Assembly: GCA_951406725.2 (NCBI GenBank)
Contig: OX597822.1
Span: forward strand, 113,460,001 to 113,524,000
Length of the DNA stretch: 64,000 nucleotides
Reading direction: 5' to 3'
Source: Octopus vulgaris
Taxonomy: Eukaryota
The notes under the pieces were generated by a model. It did no database searches and was not told where the DNA came from. It saw only the letters and a program-made list of their open reading frames with translations. Shown here piece by piece: positions 1-13,335 of the stretch. The position numbers and the translations under genes were made by a program. The stretch's first letter is position 1; each line of letters opens with the position of its first letter.

Positions 1-198
1 CCAGTTTCAGCCATAACCTACTCCAGACGGATTGGTGTGTATCCTGTTGCTCCAACAATTACAGGTATGAAGCTGAAAGTGTATCTCGGGGACTGGATTT
101 GCAAACTCCTTATTAATGGTCCATAGATTAATGGTCTCATGTATTTTTCGAACCACATTGGTTTCTAGAGAGCAGATGAATGCCACAACAGCACACAT
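1..198 (-). mobile_element. Degenerate fragment of a restriction-like-endonuclease (RLE; R4/Dong/NeSL-type) non-LTR retrotransposon C-terminus
   Basis: Minus-strand translation across a frameshift gives CAVVAFICSLETNVVRKIHE...YGPLIRSLQIQSPRYTFSFIPVIVGATGY, similar to CTVVEISCPADLKIKLKISE...YAELLRNL...YKFRFIPVIIGAL of the element at 6.8-7.4 kb. Confidence 0.6.
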
Positions 199-335
199 CT
201 CCGTAACTTAGCGGATCGACAAAAGAGACCGATAGAATAAGTACAAGGCTTACAAAGAGTAAGTCCCGGGGACGATTTGTTCGACTAAAGACGGTGCTCC
301 AGCATGACCGCAGCCAAATGACTGAAACAAGTAGA
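199..335 (+). mobile_element. SINE family A, 3' part
   Basis: gaccgatagaataagtac...ggtgctccagcatgaccgcagccaaatgactgaaacaagta, shared with many copies in the window. Confidence 0.8.
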
Positions 336-665
336 GAATTATCAGATTCCAATCGAATCTGTCCCATATTTCTGATTGTGGATCAATCCCTTGTTAAAAC
401 TAATACCTCTGAATCCACCCCATGTGTAACCGTTCATAATTTACCGAAACGTTAAAGAGATAGACACACGCAATACAGACTCCAGTCATCGCTTTCTTCA
501 TTCCCCGCCATTTACAATTACGAACACAAAACCATGACAGAGATTTGGTTATATTATTACAACTCCAGCGATGGGATTGTATCCGTCTATCTACCTATTT
601 ATCTTTCTACTTATCTATCAATTAATTTATTTATCTATCTATCTATCTTTGTATCTGTCTATATT

Positions 666-712
<47 letters not shown>

Positions 713-714
<2 letters not shown>

Positions 715-905
715 GATAGATTGTAAGCCACTACACACATTTTTTTCTCTCCTTTTTTTCTCTCCTTGTTTTTTTCTGTGTCCCTTTCTGTAGAAGAGTG
801 TAGGCTCGAAACGTAAAAGACTTTTTCTATTCCTGAGCGTTATACTAATACATCTATTTGTTTTCTACACCACCTGTCTTCGTCTTTTGTTTTTTCGTAA
901 ACTCT

Positions 906-910
<5 letters not shown>
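713..910 (+). mobile_element. Short non-autonomous repeat with a minimal hammerhead-like motif (Penelope-like terminus?)
   Basis: Near-identical inverted copy at 29627-29817; motif cttt-CTGTAGA-A-GAGT-gtag-GCTC-GAAAC-GTA-aaag at 784-819; ends in (TA)n. Confidence 0.65.
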
Positions 911-971
<61 letters not shown>

Positions 972-1056
972 CTATGTATATATATATGTATATATATATG
1001 TATGTATATATATATATATATATGTATGTATATATATGTATATATGTATATATATG

Positions 1057-1141
<85 letters not shown>
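909..1141. repeat. (TA)n / (TATG) microsatellite
   Basis: Direct reading. Confidence 0.95.
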
Positions 1142-1145
<4 letters not shown>

Positions 1146-2073
1146 CACTTATGTAGCTCTGCTATCGCCAGGAATAAGAGTTCTAATTGGGAACGGCATC
1201 AAGCAAGGATATATCATCACTCCAAAGCTCTTCACCACATGTCCCGGAATGGTCATCAGAGACATTGATTGGGCAGGTGGTGTGAACATCAATGGTGATC
1301 TAGTAAGACACCCCCGATTCGCAGATGGCAGTGAACTCATTGCCGAAGCCACAGATCAGCTGCAAAACATGCTGACAGAGCTAAACAGCTACAGCTAGGT
1401 CTTAAAATGAATCGCCTGAAAATAAAATACACGCAATCCGGAGACGAAACACAAGGGCGAGTAAAGGTGGCAGGGAGAGATAAAATCGAAGAGGCAAAGG
1501 TGTTCGTCTATTTAAGGAACCCAGTGAATGTGCACTGAGAAAATAACGGTAGGATGGAAGACTTTTACCTCAATAAAAGTTGTGCTCAAAGTAGAGGAGG
1601 ACAAGACGATACGTACCACATTCTTCAACAACACCGTTCTTCCTGTGCTCTTATACGCAAGTGAGATGTGGACTACTGTAATGAAGGAATATTATCAATT
1701 AGCTACGACTCAAAGGATTCTGGAATGCTGCCTGCTAGAAATATCATTGTGGGAGCATTTAGAAATGAGATGATTCGAGAACGGGGCCGATTGAACTACG
1801 TGGTGGCAGAATATGGAGAGCACAAGCTCCACTAGGCCAGTCATGTCACAAGGTTCAGAGACAACACGTGGACTTTTGCAGTTTCCGAGTGGTGTCCAAG
1901 AGATCGGAAAAGCCCACCCAGAAGGCCTCCATGTCGATGGGAAGATCGTTGTGGTAAGCGATTTGAGACAATATATAAAAGAGTAGCGAAATCAAGAAAG
2001 AATTGGAAGTGCATTGTGACCAGTGATAAATAGTAAAATCTGACAGTCTGGTCGACACAGTGAAACTGTGATA
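1142..2073 (+). mobile_element. Degenerate 3' portion of an RTE-clade LINE
   Basis: [14 protein letters not shown]...[14 protein letters not shown] (RT motifs QG/FADD), then FFNNTVLPVLLYASEMW; stops and frameshifts; ends in (ATAC)-like repeats. Confidence 0.85.
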
Positions 2074-2131
2074 CATTCATATACATACATACACGCATAC
2101 ACAGACAAACACAAACATGTATGTATATACA

Positions 2132-2657
2132 TAGGCGTGGATGTGTACTAAAAATTTTACTTCCCTGCCACGTTGTTCCAGGTTCAGTCCCATTGCGTCA
2201 CACACACACACACACATATTGAGAGAGAAAGAGAAAGAGAGAGAGAGAGAGATCTATATCTGAATGTTGTGCTTCTGTGTCAGTGTTAGTCTCCACCACC
2301 GCTTAACAACTTGTGTTGGAGTGTTTACTTCACCGCAACATCGCAATTCCACAGATTCAAAGAATGAGTACTGAGGTCAATTCGTTCAACTAAAATTCTT
2401 CAAGATGGTGCCTCAGCATGGCCGCAGTCCAATGACTGAAACAAGTGAAACGTTAGCACGCCGGGCGAAATTCGTAGCCCTATTTCGTCTGTCGTTACGT
2501 TCCGAGTTCAAATTCCGCCGAGGTCGACTTTGCCTTTCATCCTTTCGGGGTTGATAAATTAAGTACCAGTTACGCACTGGGGTCGATGTAGTCGACTTAA
2601 TCCCTTTGTCTGTCCTTGTTTTTCTCCTCTGTGTTTAGCCCCTTGTGGGTAGTAAAG

Positions 2658-2661
<4 letters not shown>
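2132..2661 (+). mobile_element. Decayed SINE A (2132-2447) directly followed by SINE D (2448-2661)
   Basis: ccaggttcagtcccattgcg head and cagcatggccgcagtc tail, then gtcgactttgcctttcatcctttcgggg core with ccccttgtgggtagtaaagaaa tail. Confidence 0.8.
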
Positions 2662-2716
<55 letters not shown>

Positions 2717-2717
<1 letters not shown>

Positions 2718-3426
2718 TAGCTGACGTACCCGGTAATTCCGCAAAAGCGGGGCTTATCCCTTAGTTCCGTTCTTATAATTGTTTCGCTAATCCAATAACA
2801 ACAATACACAGTATGTAGCCCTTAAAACGGTTTTTGCGCATTTACAGAGAATACCGAACCAGCTTACACAGGGTCTTGATTTTAGGAATTCCTAATAAGT
2901 TATGAATACCCAAATTGTGAAGTCAGTTATGTGATAACTTGAAATTAGTTACCCGATAATAAGAATTCAAATAAAGTAGCCCCGAAAAGGGCTTGAATGC
3001 GTTCCCAGAGTATATAGACCATGGGAGGAAATACTAATAAGGTATGTATGCTAAAATTGTGAAGTATGTTACGTAATATCTGGCTAATCAGATGAGATAA
3101 TAACAATTTAAAGTAAATAACTCTGAAAAGTGCTTTGTGCATTCCCAGAGAATATTACCCTCAGGGGCGCTAGTGTTGGTATATTCGCGAATAAGTCACT
3201 AACCGAAATAAGTGGATCTGTTGTTTGGGAAAATGCTATTTCCTTGTTTAAGGGTTGTACTGGATAAATTGCGAAAATAACTCTAACTGTTCAAATACTA
3301 AGAAATAAGCATACTCAATTTGATTTATACCAAATAATTTTGGAAAATGAATGGGTTATTTCCCTTGGCTATATATAAGGATCATCCCAGGGGCGAATGG
3401 GTTATTTCCCTTGGCTTTTATATATA
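2717..3426 (-). mobile_element. Non-autonomous Helitron-like element (second family)
   Basis: Minus strand ends gcggaattaccgggtacgtcagCTAG-t; the putative 5' end tatatataaaagccaagggaaataacccattc is duplicated (3349-3378, 3395-3426); internal degenerate repeats. Confidence 0.5.
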
Positions 3427-3741
3427 CACACATGTACGCACTTGTAATTCATGGCTTGACAGCTGGTGCTGGTCTCTTTTCGTTCTCATTAATTATTAAA
3501 ATAATTACTGGTGATATAAAAATCCTTCTCGGTAATGTCCATCTACATCGCAGTCTAACAAGTAAAAGAGTAAAGAATATACACATGCGCACACATGCAC
3601 ATTACACACACTCACACACATCTACATACATACATACACCATACATGCATACATACACACATACACACATACACACATTCATACATACATACATACATAC
3701 ATACATACATACATACATACATACATACATACATACATACA

Positions 3742-4061
3742 TGGGATGGAAGCACTCCGTCGGTTACGACGACGAGGGTTCCAGTTGATCCGATCAACGG
3801 AACAGCCTGCTCGTGAAATTAACGTGTAAGTGACTGAGCACTCCACAGACACGTGTACCATTAACGCAGTTCTCGGGGATGTGAGTGTTTATTGAGCGAA
3901 AACACCTAAAAGCTCCACGAGGATGGTGGTGATGCCGGAGCCTCGTGGAGCTTTTAGGTGTTTTCGCTCAATAAACACACACAACGCTCGGTCTGGGAAT
4001 AGAAACCGCGATCCTACGACCGCGAGTCCGCTGCCCTAACCACTGGGCCATTGCGCCTCCA
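3742..4061 (-). mobile_element. SINE B (tRNA head) with tail 1, internally deleted, inside (CATA)n
   Basis: Reverse complement of ggaggcgcaatggcccagtggttagggcagcggactcgcg head; tail matches 37800-37930. Confidence 0.85.
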
Positions 4062-4094
4062 CTACATACATACATACATACATACATACATACA

Positions 4095-4127
<33 letters not shown>

Positions 4128-4739
4128 GCATCTTAATGAATTGGGGTGAAATAGAAAACGCAAAATATTAAACCTGTACTTGAACGCTGAATGTTAGTGC
4201 CCATCCTCTTCTCGTACGACCCCTGCGTTTATATGGACACGTTATACTCCACTCCTATGTATATGGATGTTTTTAAGAGTGTATATATGTGTGTGTGTGT
4301 GTATATATGTATGCATTTATATATATTTATGTATGTATGTATATGTATTTAAATCATTATGAAAATATTGACGATTCATTTTAAAGCGAATGATACCTGA
4401 TTATTTTATAGATATAACAAATTTAAATATAAAATAATTAAAGAATTAATATTTTACCTTCCATATTATTTGAAATCCTACGCTAACTTTTGAAAGATGT
4501 GATTTTAGATAAGAAATTATTACAATGCACCAGTTATACTGTCTGCATAGTGGCCTTGAAGAGAGATAAGTGAGAAAAAGTGTGTGTGTGTGTGTGTGGT
4601 ACATATGTAAAGGAGCGAGAATAACGAGGGGAGCTTATCCGTCTATTTCAGCTACTTTCTGTTATTGTTTTATTCCAGAAAGACCTAAAACCAGAGTGTT
4701 TTTCTTGATTCATTGATTCGGAATAGTTTTGGATTTGTC

Positions 4740-4778
<39 letters not shown>

Positions 4779-4796
4779 ATAGTGATTTCTTGAGCA

Positions 4797-5020
4797 CCAC
4801 CAGCAAAAATATTTTTTTCCTCTGTCTTCCCTTCTCGGGATCTTTCCTTCTCCTTGTTTCCGACGAAGAGCTCCGCTCGAAACGTTAAACCCTCCTTCCC
4901 TTCTTTCCTGAGCGTCAAATAATACTTTAATTGTTCCACGTCCTCGCGTTGCTGTTTTTTCTGTGTTTTTTTTCTGTGTTTTTTTTCTGTGTTTTCTTGT
5001 TTGGATTAACTTTAACTATA
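4797..5020 (+). mobile_element. Short non-autonomous repeat with a minimal hammerhead-like motif
   Basis: gttt-CCGACGA-A-GAGC-tcc-GCTC-GAAAC-GTT-aaac at 4856-4890; homologous inverted copy at 63826-64000. Confidence 0.65.
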
Positions 5021-5040
5021 CATGTACTTCCCCAAATAGC

Positions 5041-5277
5041 GGAGGCGCGTGGCTTAGTGGTGAGGGTGTTGAGCTGATGATCGTAAGGTTGTGGTTTCGG
5101 TTCCTGGACCGGGCGATGCAATGTGTCCTTGAGTAAAACACTTCATTTCACGTTGCTCCAGTCCACTCAGCTGGCAAAAGTGAGTAATCCTGCGACGGAC
5201 CGGCGTCCCGTCCAGGTAGGAAATTTCTACGCCTCTGAAATCGGGAAACTGGCCCTTATGAGCTCGAGAAGGAACAT
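5041..5277 (+). mobile_element. SINE C (tRNA head plus central domain) with V-domain-like tail 3
   Basis: A box tggcttagtgg, B box gtttcggttcc; central ctccagtccactcagctggcaaaa; cctgcgacggaccggcgtcccgtccagg resembles the V-SINE domain. Confidence 0.8.
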
Positions 5278-6417
5278 TTATTTTTCTATTTACTTCTCAA
5301 AATGACTAGCAGAAGACTGCACCGATGACCGATTTCCTACAAGCATATTTATAATTTTAGTTGATTAAAATATTCTCACGCCTCACCCTTAATATAATAG
5401 ACTCTGTTGTTATCTTACTTTGATAAACTGTGTAAAACGTCGATGCTAATCATGAATTTTAAGATCCATATTTTTACAATTTAGTCCCATAAACTTGTAG
5501 GAAAATATTTATGGCCTTATCGTAAGCACACCGGCAAAATACTTCGTGACATTTCGTTCGTTTTTACGTTCTGAGTTCAAATTCCACCGAGGTCGACTTT
5601 GCCTTTATCCTTTTGAAGTCGATAAACCAAGTACCACGTCAATGGAGTCAATGTAATAGACTAACCTTTACTTCAAAATTGGTGGCCTTGTGCCAAAATG
5701 TGAAACCAATATTATAAATGCATATGCAAACTTTGGTTGAGAAATTGACAAATACTATCTGAATGTCTTCCTTTGTAGGCATCATTAAAAGAAATCTCAA
5801 TGAAAATATCATTATCCAACTTGACATGGATAAAGTTTGACATCAGGGTACGCTTATTAACTCCGTACCTCAATAAAATAAACTCAACTTTAGTTACACC
5901 CTATCACTTTACTTTTCACACATCTCAAAACACTGTATTAAATCACATCCTTCTGCATGGCCTCTTATTTTTTGCAGCTGCGCAATCATTAGTTTATTTA
6001 AGATTAAAAATAATTGCTCCTGTTTGAAAGAAAACAAAAAATATTCCGAAATATATCTTTTAAATTAGTCTCGTAGCTTCTATTTTATCTGTATTACTGG
6101 TTAGCTGGATGATAAATTGACAACTGAGAAGTCAGATACTTTAGCATTTGGGAATAGAGTTCCACTTAGGACATATTGTCTTCTAAAAACACTTTCCAAC
6201 GATTATCTCTGATTTAGGATTGATAAAATAGAAATATTAACAATGTCAAAATTGGAGCATAATTGTGCTAATTACAAATGATTTACATGCACATACATGT
6301 CACTATTGATTAACAGCAGATGAAATCTAATCGAGCAGGACGCCTTGGTTAAAAAAAAATTCCAACCATAACTACCACATATTTTAGGATAAAAAAGATT
6401 ATTTAATATATACAAAG

Positions 6418-6709
6418 TGGAGGCAGCGGACTCGCGATCGAGGGATCGCGGGTTCGAATCTCAGATCGGGTGATGTGTGCGCTTATGAGCGAAACACCTA
6501 AGCTCCACGCAGCTCCGGCAGATGGTAATAGCGACTTCTGCTGACTCTTTTTCCACAACCTTCTCTCACTCTTTCCTCTTGCATCTAGCAGCTCACCTAT
6601 GACGGACCGGCGTCCCGCCCAGGTGCCCAGGTGGGGAACCTATACGCCAATGAAACCGGGAAACCGGCCCTTATGAGCCAGGGATGGCTCGAGAAGGAAG
6701 AAACAACAA
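6418..6709 (+). mobile_element. SINE B head joined to tail 3
   Basis: gcagcggactcgcg...gagcgaaacacctaagctccacg head; gacggaccggcgtcccgcccagg...ggcccttatgagc tail shared with 5041-5277. Confidence 0.8.
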
Positions 6710-6794
6710 TATATACAAAACGCTAACGTGTAATTTAGGGGTGATTTTGCTGCCTCTTCTAACAGGTTGAGTGACCAGGTAGAGGCTCACGTTG

Positions 6795-7404
6795 GTTGGG
6801 AAAGAGATGCAGAAAAAGCAGTAAAATGTGACAATCAATGCAGACTTTGTGGAGTTAACACCGAAGATATCATCCACATCATAAACAGTTGTCCGAAAAT
6901 ATCATCACGGTATATCTACCCATGAGACATGATGTAGCTAGGACACTCTATAATGAAATCCGTCGGAAGGATAACTCCGAGAACAAAGAAATAAGCCATA
7001 ACCACTCATAATAAAAAGGGGTACTGGTGGAATGTCCCAGTGAAGACCTCAATAAAATGTAAGGACAACGGACCTGATATAATGATTTGGGATAAAGAGA
7101 AACTCTGCACAGTTGTGGAAATTAGCTGCCCTGCGGATCTTAAGATAAAGCTGAAGATCAGTGAAAAGGAGAACACCTACGCTGAACTATTGAGAAATCT
7201 GTTGTTACTCTATCTAGGTTACAAGTTCAGGTTTATACCTGTAATTATTGGGGCCCTGGTTATGTAAAATACTGCCTAAATACCAATCTTAAGGACTTAG
7301 GCTTCTTAAAACCAGAAAGGAGGAAGTTAATTCGAAAACTACAGATCCAATCCATCTCTGGAACTGTAAACATTTGTAAAACTTTCCAGAAGTCTAGCAT
7401 TTAA
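6795..7404 (+). mobile_element. Degenerate RLE-type (R4/Dong/NeSL group) LINE C-terminus
   Basis: CRLCGVNTEDIIHIINSC zinc knuckle, RHD motif, PDIMIWD...VVEISCP...EKENTY...IPVIIGAL (PD-D/E endonuclease); frameshifted. Confidence 0.85.
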
Positions 7405-8538
7405 ATATATATGAGCATGTCAAGATATGCAACTATATGCATGAGAATACATACACAAAACAAAATATACAAATCTGTACGTATACATACCTACATACAA
7501 ACAAAAATACCCTGTTGTTGATGTTGAAATTCCAATGAAAGAGCTTTGAATCTAGGTTAGAAACAAGCTCTTTCTCTATTGGCAAGAAATCTTGAAATAA
7601 AAAAAATCAATAACATATATACATATATACTTATGTATGTATTCTTACATACAAGTATATATGCATATATTTGTGTATATATGCCTGTATATGTGTATGT
7701 TTGTATATATTCATATGCATGTGCGTGTGTTGGTATCAACGTGTCTCTATGTGTGTGTCTATATATTCAAGCCACTCCTACGCCTAAGATTTTAAATTTA
7801 TTTCAATTCTTCTTTTGCTTAGGTGTATCTTGCTTTTCTACACACATCCTTTCTAAATTGAAAGGACCTCGTACTTTTCTTTTAATGTTGCTTTCACACA
7901 TGTCCTGTTTATTTCTGTCGTATAGCCGAAAGACTGTTTTTGTATACAAATACTGCTTTTTGTGTATTTACTTTTTATATATTATTTATAAATATATTTT
8001 CCCGTTCTCTTCATAACTCTTCCTTTTCACCGTTCAGTCAAGAGAACCTGTCGTTTTTTTTTTCTGTACCTTTCTCATTCTGGCCTTGATGTTCGCTCAT
8101 TTATAGCCCTGCAACATTTTGCTGTTGAAGCCGCCAAATTGAACAATATTATCCATATCTAACGGCGGTGCATCAGCATGGCCGCAGCTCTGAGCTGAAG
8201 CAAGAAAAACGAAAATATATATATATATAGCTGGCCGAAACTTCGAAGCCACTGTCAACAACATTCTTGTATAAGAATAGTAAATTTGAATTCTACAAAA
8301 GTATAGAATAACCCATTAATGTAAGATTAATGTAAGATTGTTTTTATCATAACTGAACATAAACACGAAGTGGTTATACAGCTGGTATTCCAAAACTGAA
8401 CAACTTATAGGGAGTTACTTTAAAAGCAATAAGCATTCTAATTTGAATAAATTCTAATTTGAATTATGCTTATACTTAGTGAAAACCATTCAAAATGAAC
8501 ATCTACCTCAACTATCCTTCCCCATTCCCTCTCTACTT

Positions 8539-8559
<21 letters not shown>

Positions 8560-8574
<15 letters not shown>

Positions 8575-9464
8575 TGTAGTTGTGTGAGTGTCTGTCCCCT
8601 TCGATTTAGATTCCTAACTACTCCCACATTTTGCGGTGCAGTTTAACCAAATTCGGGTATCTTATAGTCGTGATTCATATCGAGCCCGTCTGAGTATTAG
8701 CGCGCGTCTACGATGAGTCTACGATTTTAAAAATAATTTAACATCATTTTTTATTCCATTTTAATGCATAACTTTTCGTGTGTCGATGGCGGCGGAGTTG
8801 GCGTCCATGTTCAAGCTGCACCTGTGTTTGCTTCTCCCCTTCTTCCCTCCCTCATGAAGCTGTGGGGAAGGGAGTTTAAGGAAATCAACGTCGTAAAGCG
8901 TTGTCAAGGAGACCAGCGTTCTTTTAGAACAACGACTTCATGGCTTGAAGACACCAAAGCAGAAATGGCTAAGAAAGCCCGAATTGGCATCTATAAGGGA
9001 AGTAACTCTCTAAAAATGCTTATATAGTTATTTCCCTTACAAACCCGAGCAACGCCAGGCGATACTGCTAGTCTATATATATAAAAGTGAAGTTGGGTGA
9101 GTGTCTGTCCCCTTCGATTTAGATTCCTAACTACTCCCACATTTTGCGGTACAGTTTAACCAAAACCGGGTATCTTATAGTTGTGATTCATATCGAGCCC
9201 TTCTGGGTATTATCGCGCGTCTACGATGAGTCTACGATTTTAAAAATAATTTAACATCATTTTTTCCATTTTAAAGCATATTTTTAAATAAAGGGAAGTA
9301 ACTCTCTAAAAATGTCTACGATGAGTTAACGATTTAAAAAACATTTATTATAATTTTTTTTCCATTTTTAATGCACTTTTTGCTGTTTTTTGGCTATAAC
9401 TCTCTAAAAATGCTTTATAGTTATTTCCCTTACAAACCCGAGCAACGTCGGGCGATACTGCTAG
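8560..9464 (+). mobile_element. Two non-autonomous Helitrons in head-to-tail tandem (about 8560-9071 and 9072-9464)
   Basis: Each ends with a cccgagcaacg..ggcg hairpin plus atactgCTAG; copy 2 starts TC immediately after the CTAG of copy 1; third copy at 21365-21759. Confidence 0.8.
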
Positions 9465-9513
9465 TATATATATATAATATATATATATATATATAATATA
9501 TATATATATATAT

Positions 9514-9537
9514 GTTTTGTGTTCTTGTCCCATTTTG

Positions 9538-9593
<56 letters not shown>

Positions 9594-9900
9594 CATATAC
9601 ACGCACACACACACAGAACAAAGTGTACGTACGCCGCTATATATATATTTCTTATTTTATCTAGTTTCAGCTCACGAGCTGTAGCCATGCTGGGGCACCG
9701 CCATTTGGGCACCGCCATATATGTATATACAAAATACAAAATGGGACAAGAACGCAAATCATCCGGACAACTAGGTGATACAAAAAGGGACAACAAAACA
9801 TCCAGATAGACGATACAAAAAAACAAGGACGGGTCATTGGAAGTTTTTATCCTCAGTCAAGAACCGGATCATCCTCGCAATTTCGGCCGATTAATCTTGA
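9514..9900. repeat. Interspersed repeat acaaaatgggacaagaacgcaaa..., present as an inverted pair (9514-9539 vs 9735-9760)
   Basis: Also at 39688-39805, with a tail fragment at 14633-14655; abuts (TA)n at 9514, about 9730 and 39688. Confidence 0.6.
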
Positions 9901-9901
9901 A

Positions 9902-10027
<126 letters not shown>

Positions 10028-10531
10028 GTTCATTTTGAATGGTATGTAGTAAGCATAGGCATAATTTAGAAATTTTATTCAAATTAGAATGCCTATTGTT
10101 TTTAATCTACCTCCTTTATAAGTTGTTCACTTTTGAGATACCAACTGTATAACCACTTCTCAAAGAAGCGTGAGGCCTCTGTAAATATAAAGTGCACTTT
10201 ATTTGACAAGTAGTTTTCATATGAGATCCATTCTCGTCTTCTACAGCTTGTATTTTTCTCAAGATAGTTGCTAAAGCTGAATTGAAAAACACTTACAGGA
10301 AGTTCGTCAGCTTTACAAAATATTCTTACAGCTTTCATTCCTCAACGCTCTTCTCTTTTTTTTATGAATATTAGCGCCTTTAACTAACACGATGCCGAAA
10401 TATGTTTCAACTTTAATTAGTATCTCTTGTCACGCATCACTTGATGAAAATGGAAAACACAACAGACCAAAACGACTAATATCTGTTTCTCACTCAACCT
10501 GAATGCAAAAATGTGAGCAGTAGTAATGAGC

Positions 10532-10604
<73 letters not shown>

Positions 10605-10896
10605 ATGTGTGTGTATGTATGTATATATATATATATGTATGTATGTATGTATGTATTATATACATATATATATATATAGATATTATTATGTATGTATATA
10701 TTCAGATACACATATATATTTACATACACACACACACATATATGTATGCATGTATATATGTATAAGTGAATGTGAAATGAACGTTGTGTACGTCCAACCG
10801 TGCATAAATCCTACATGTTTTGATTAATTTATTACCATAACTTACTGAGAGAGAATGAAGGGAGATGTATATATATATGTATAGATAGATAGATAT

Positions 10897-10933
<37 letters not shown>

Positions 10934-12412
10934 AGAGAGAGAGAGGGTGGGGAAGAGAGATACCTCTCTCGGAACAAAACAAGACTATAAAAAAGCTCAT
11001 TAGACTAACAAAAGCAGAAGGCTATTTTTGTTATCAGCAAAGTGTTCTAAGAGTTCTTTTAGCTCCATAAGCTAAGAATATTCTCCCGTTCTTACATTCT
11101 CCAGCCTCAGCAAATAGCCATTATATGCTATACTTATTCACTAATTTTATAAAATAAAATGTATAACTACATTTGTAACTGCACTTATTCTTCGCTTCCT
11201 TCTTGTATTCCGTTTCATTGCCTGCTTTCTGCAGTGTCTGTTGAGAAGGCCTTGATCCTGTGCCGCAGTCAAGGACTCCTTCGAGTCCATCCCTGAGCTC
11301 TGCGTTTCTCAGCTATGATCTTTCTGTATGTTTCTCTCATATTGAGTTATTTTTTCTTATATAAGTATGTGGGAGGCTTTCTTGCCATTGTTTTCTCCTG
11401 TCATTCTGTAGCACCATTTTTGGATAAGTTTTTAGCCTTTTCACAATTTTTCTTATAGTTTCTACTTTCTCCACGCATCGCCTTCAACGTCTGTTTTTTA
11501 GAGGGGCTGAGGGGTGGGGACAGCAGGCTTCCATGAAGATAGAAAACCATATTTTGCTTTGTTCGTATTTTGTAGTTTTTTGCATTTTTCCATTAGTTTT
11601 TATCAAATATTTTTGTCATTCTCCAGTGGATATTTTGTAATTTTTTTTTCAAGTTGTAGAAGTGCCTACATCCTTACATTTGTGATAAATATAATCTTTC
11701 TGGGTCAGTTTATTATTTTTCTATCTAATTCATTTAGCACTGAGAGTAATTAGATTTTTACCAAGTCTTACCGGATGGAAATTTTTCAGTTTTTGAGTGA
11801 TTGTGCAAATAAGGGATTAACACGTGTGGACGTTAACCCTTATATCTGCGATAGACAAAAGTCGTATGTTTTCGGTTTATCTTATTCTTCTGAAAATTAT
11901 ATTAAGATTCACATTCTATTCGATATAGCTTCACCCACAAAAAACAAAGCACAAAGAGATACTCAAAAGCGTGGGAATAGCACTGGATATACAACCTACA
12001 AATGGTGAGATAATTTTGAAATACATAAAAACGAATTTACAACGGAGACACTCAGACTATGGCACAGACCTCAGAAAGCCAAATACTGAAGCTAAGGACG
12101 ATTATCCACAAAAGCTAAGAATAATTAACAATTGATGAAATGCTCCTCGTGTATTTACATTACATTAAGTGTAGATTCCGAAAAACGTGCGATTTACTTG
12201 CTTACTGTTAGTAATGCACTTCTCTCGAAATTTCTTGTTTTACTAGGATTTGGAAAGGTTGCATTAAAATGATGTGTATGATTGGGGCAATGTGGGCTTT
12301 TGTATTTTGCATGCATGAGTGTTAATGAATGAAATTGTCCTTATTGGTTAAAATAAGTTGTTGTTGTTGTTGTTGTTAAGCTAATACATGCTAATTTAAT
12401 CAATAGGAATAT

Positions 12413-12614
12413 TCATTTCTTTATTACTCACAAGGGTCTAAACACAGAGAGGACAAACAAGGACAGACAAACGTATTAAGTCGATTATATCGACCCCGAA
12501 AGGATGAAAGGCAAAGTTGACCTCGGTGAAATTTGAACTCAGAACGTAGCGGCAGACGAAATACCGCTAAGCATTTCGCCCGGCGTGCTAACGATTCTGC
12601 CAGCTCGCCGCCTT
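12413..12614 (-). mobile_element. SINE D
   Basis: Reverse complement of ggcggcgagctggcagaatcgttagcacgccgggcgaaatg... Confidence 0.85.
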
Positions 12615-12639
12615 ATCAGCAGGAATATTGCCTTATGGT

Positions 12640-13335
12640 TTAGTGACAAGTCTCCACAAATCTTAAGAATCTGTCTTTAGGATTCTTGCAAAATACAGGA
12701 CGGTATTGATCTTCTGGTCGACAATGAGAGTCTCAATTCCAATATTTTTCAGACTTTTTCTTGGCATTTTAGGTGTAGTACCAGGTGCACCAATTACCAC
12801 AGAAATTCTTGTTGTCTTGGTCTTCCGCAGCCTCTTAAGTTCTCTGGCTAGATCCTGATATTTTTCAGTTGCTTCAATTTCATTGGCATCGGCTCTATTA
12901 TCATAGGAAATTGAAACAAAAACTACGAACCCATACTGTTTATTATGCCCTGTATTATCATATCTAATTTGCTTCATTTGTATGGTCATTCCTTAGGGAA
13001 AGTTACTCAAAACCTTGCAATTCTTTTCTAACACTTTTCTGCTATTTTGAAGCCGCATACTCAGCTAACATCGCAATGCATTTTTGCCTACACATTCATG
13101 CCTGCGCGTATGCTCTTTTCGTGCTAGCATACTACGTTCACTCAAGAGATTACTGATACTTTCGTGTCCTTTTCTGCAGATACTATATTTGATGTCTGAC
13201 TGATTTTTCTCGATCTCTGCCTTTTTCAGATTCGTCCTAATAATTTTCACGATCTTAGCTGTTATCAAACTCGTCCTGAGCAGCAATGATTAGCGCTTCG
13301 GTCCCTTGTTTCAGCTGTCTGTCCGTCGACCATAG
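12640..13335 (-). mobile_element. Degenerate R4/Dong-like RLE LINE C-terminus
   Basis: LKQGTEALIIAAQD, ICRKGHESISNLLSER (decayed CCHC), RRHE, EATEKYQDLARELKRL, VVIGAPGT. Confidence 0.85.

Noticed and set aside
858-1156. YIYIYI, VCVCVC, THTHTH and LSIY ORFs here and throughout the track
   Set aside because: Translations of (TA)n, (TG)n, (CA)n and (TATC)n microsatellites; not genes.
11200-11760. Possible decayed LINE C-terminus on the minus strand
   Set aside because: Purine-rich and coding-like, but I could not read a diagnostic motif with confidence.
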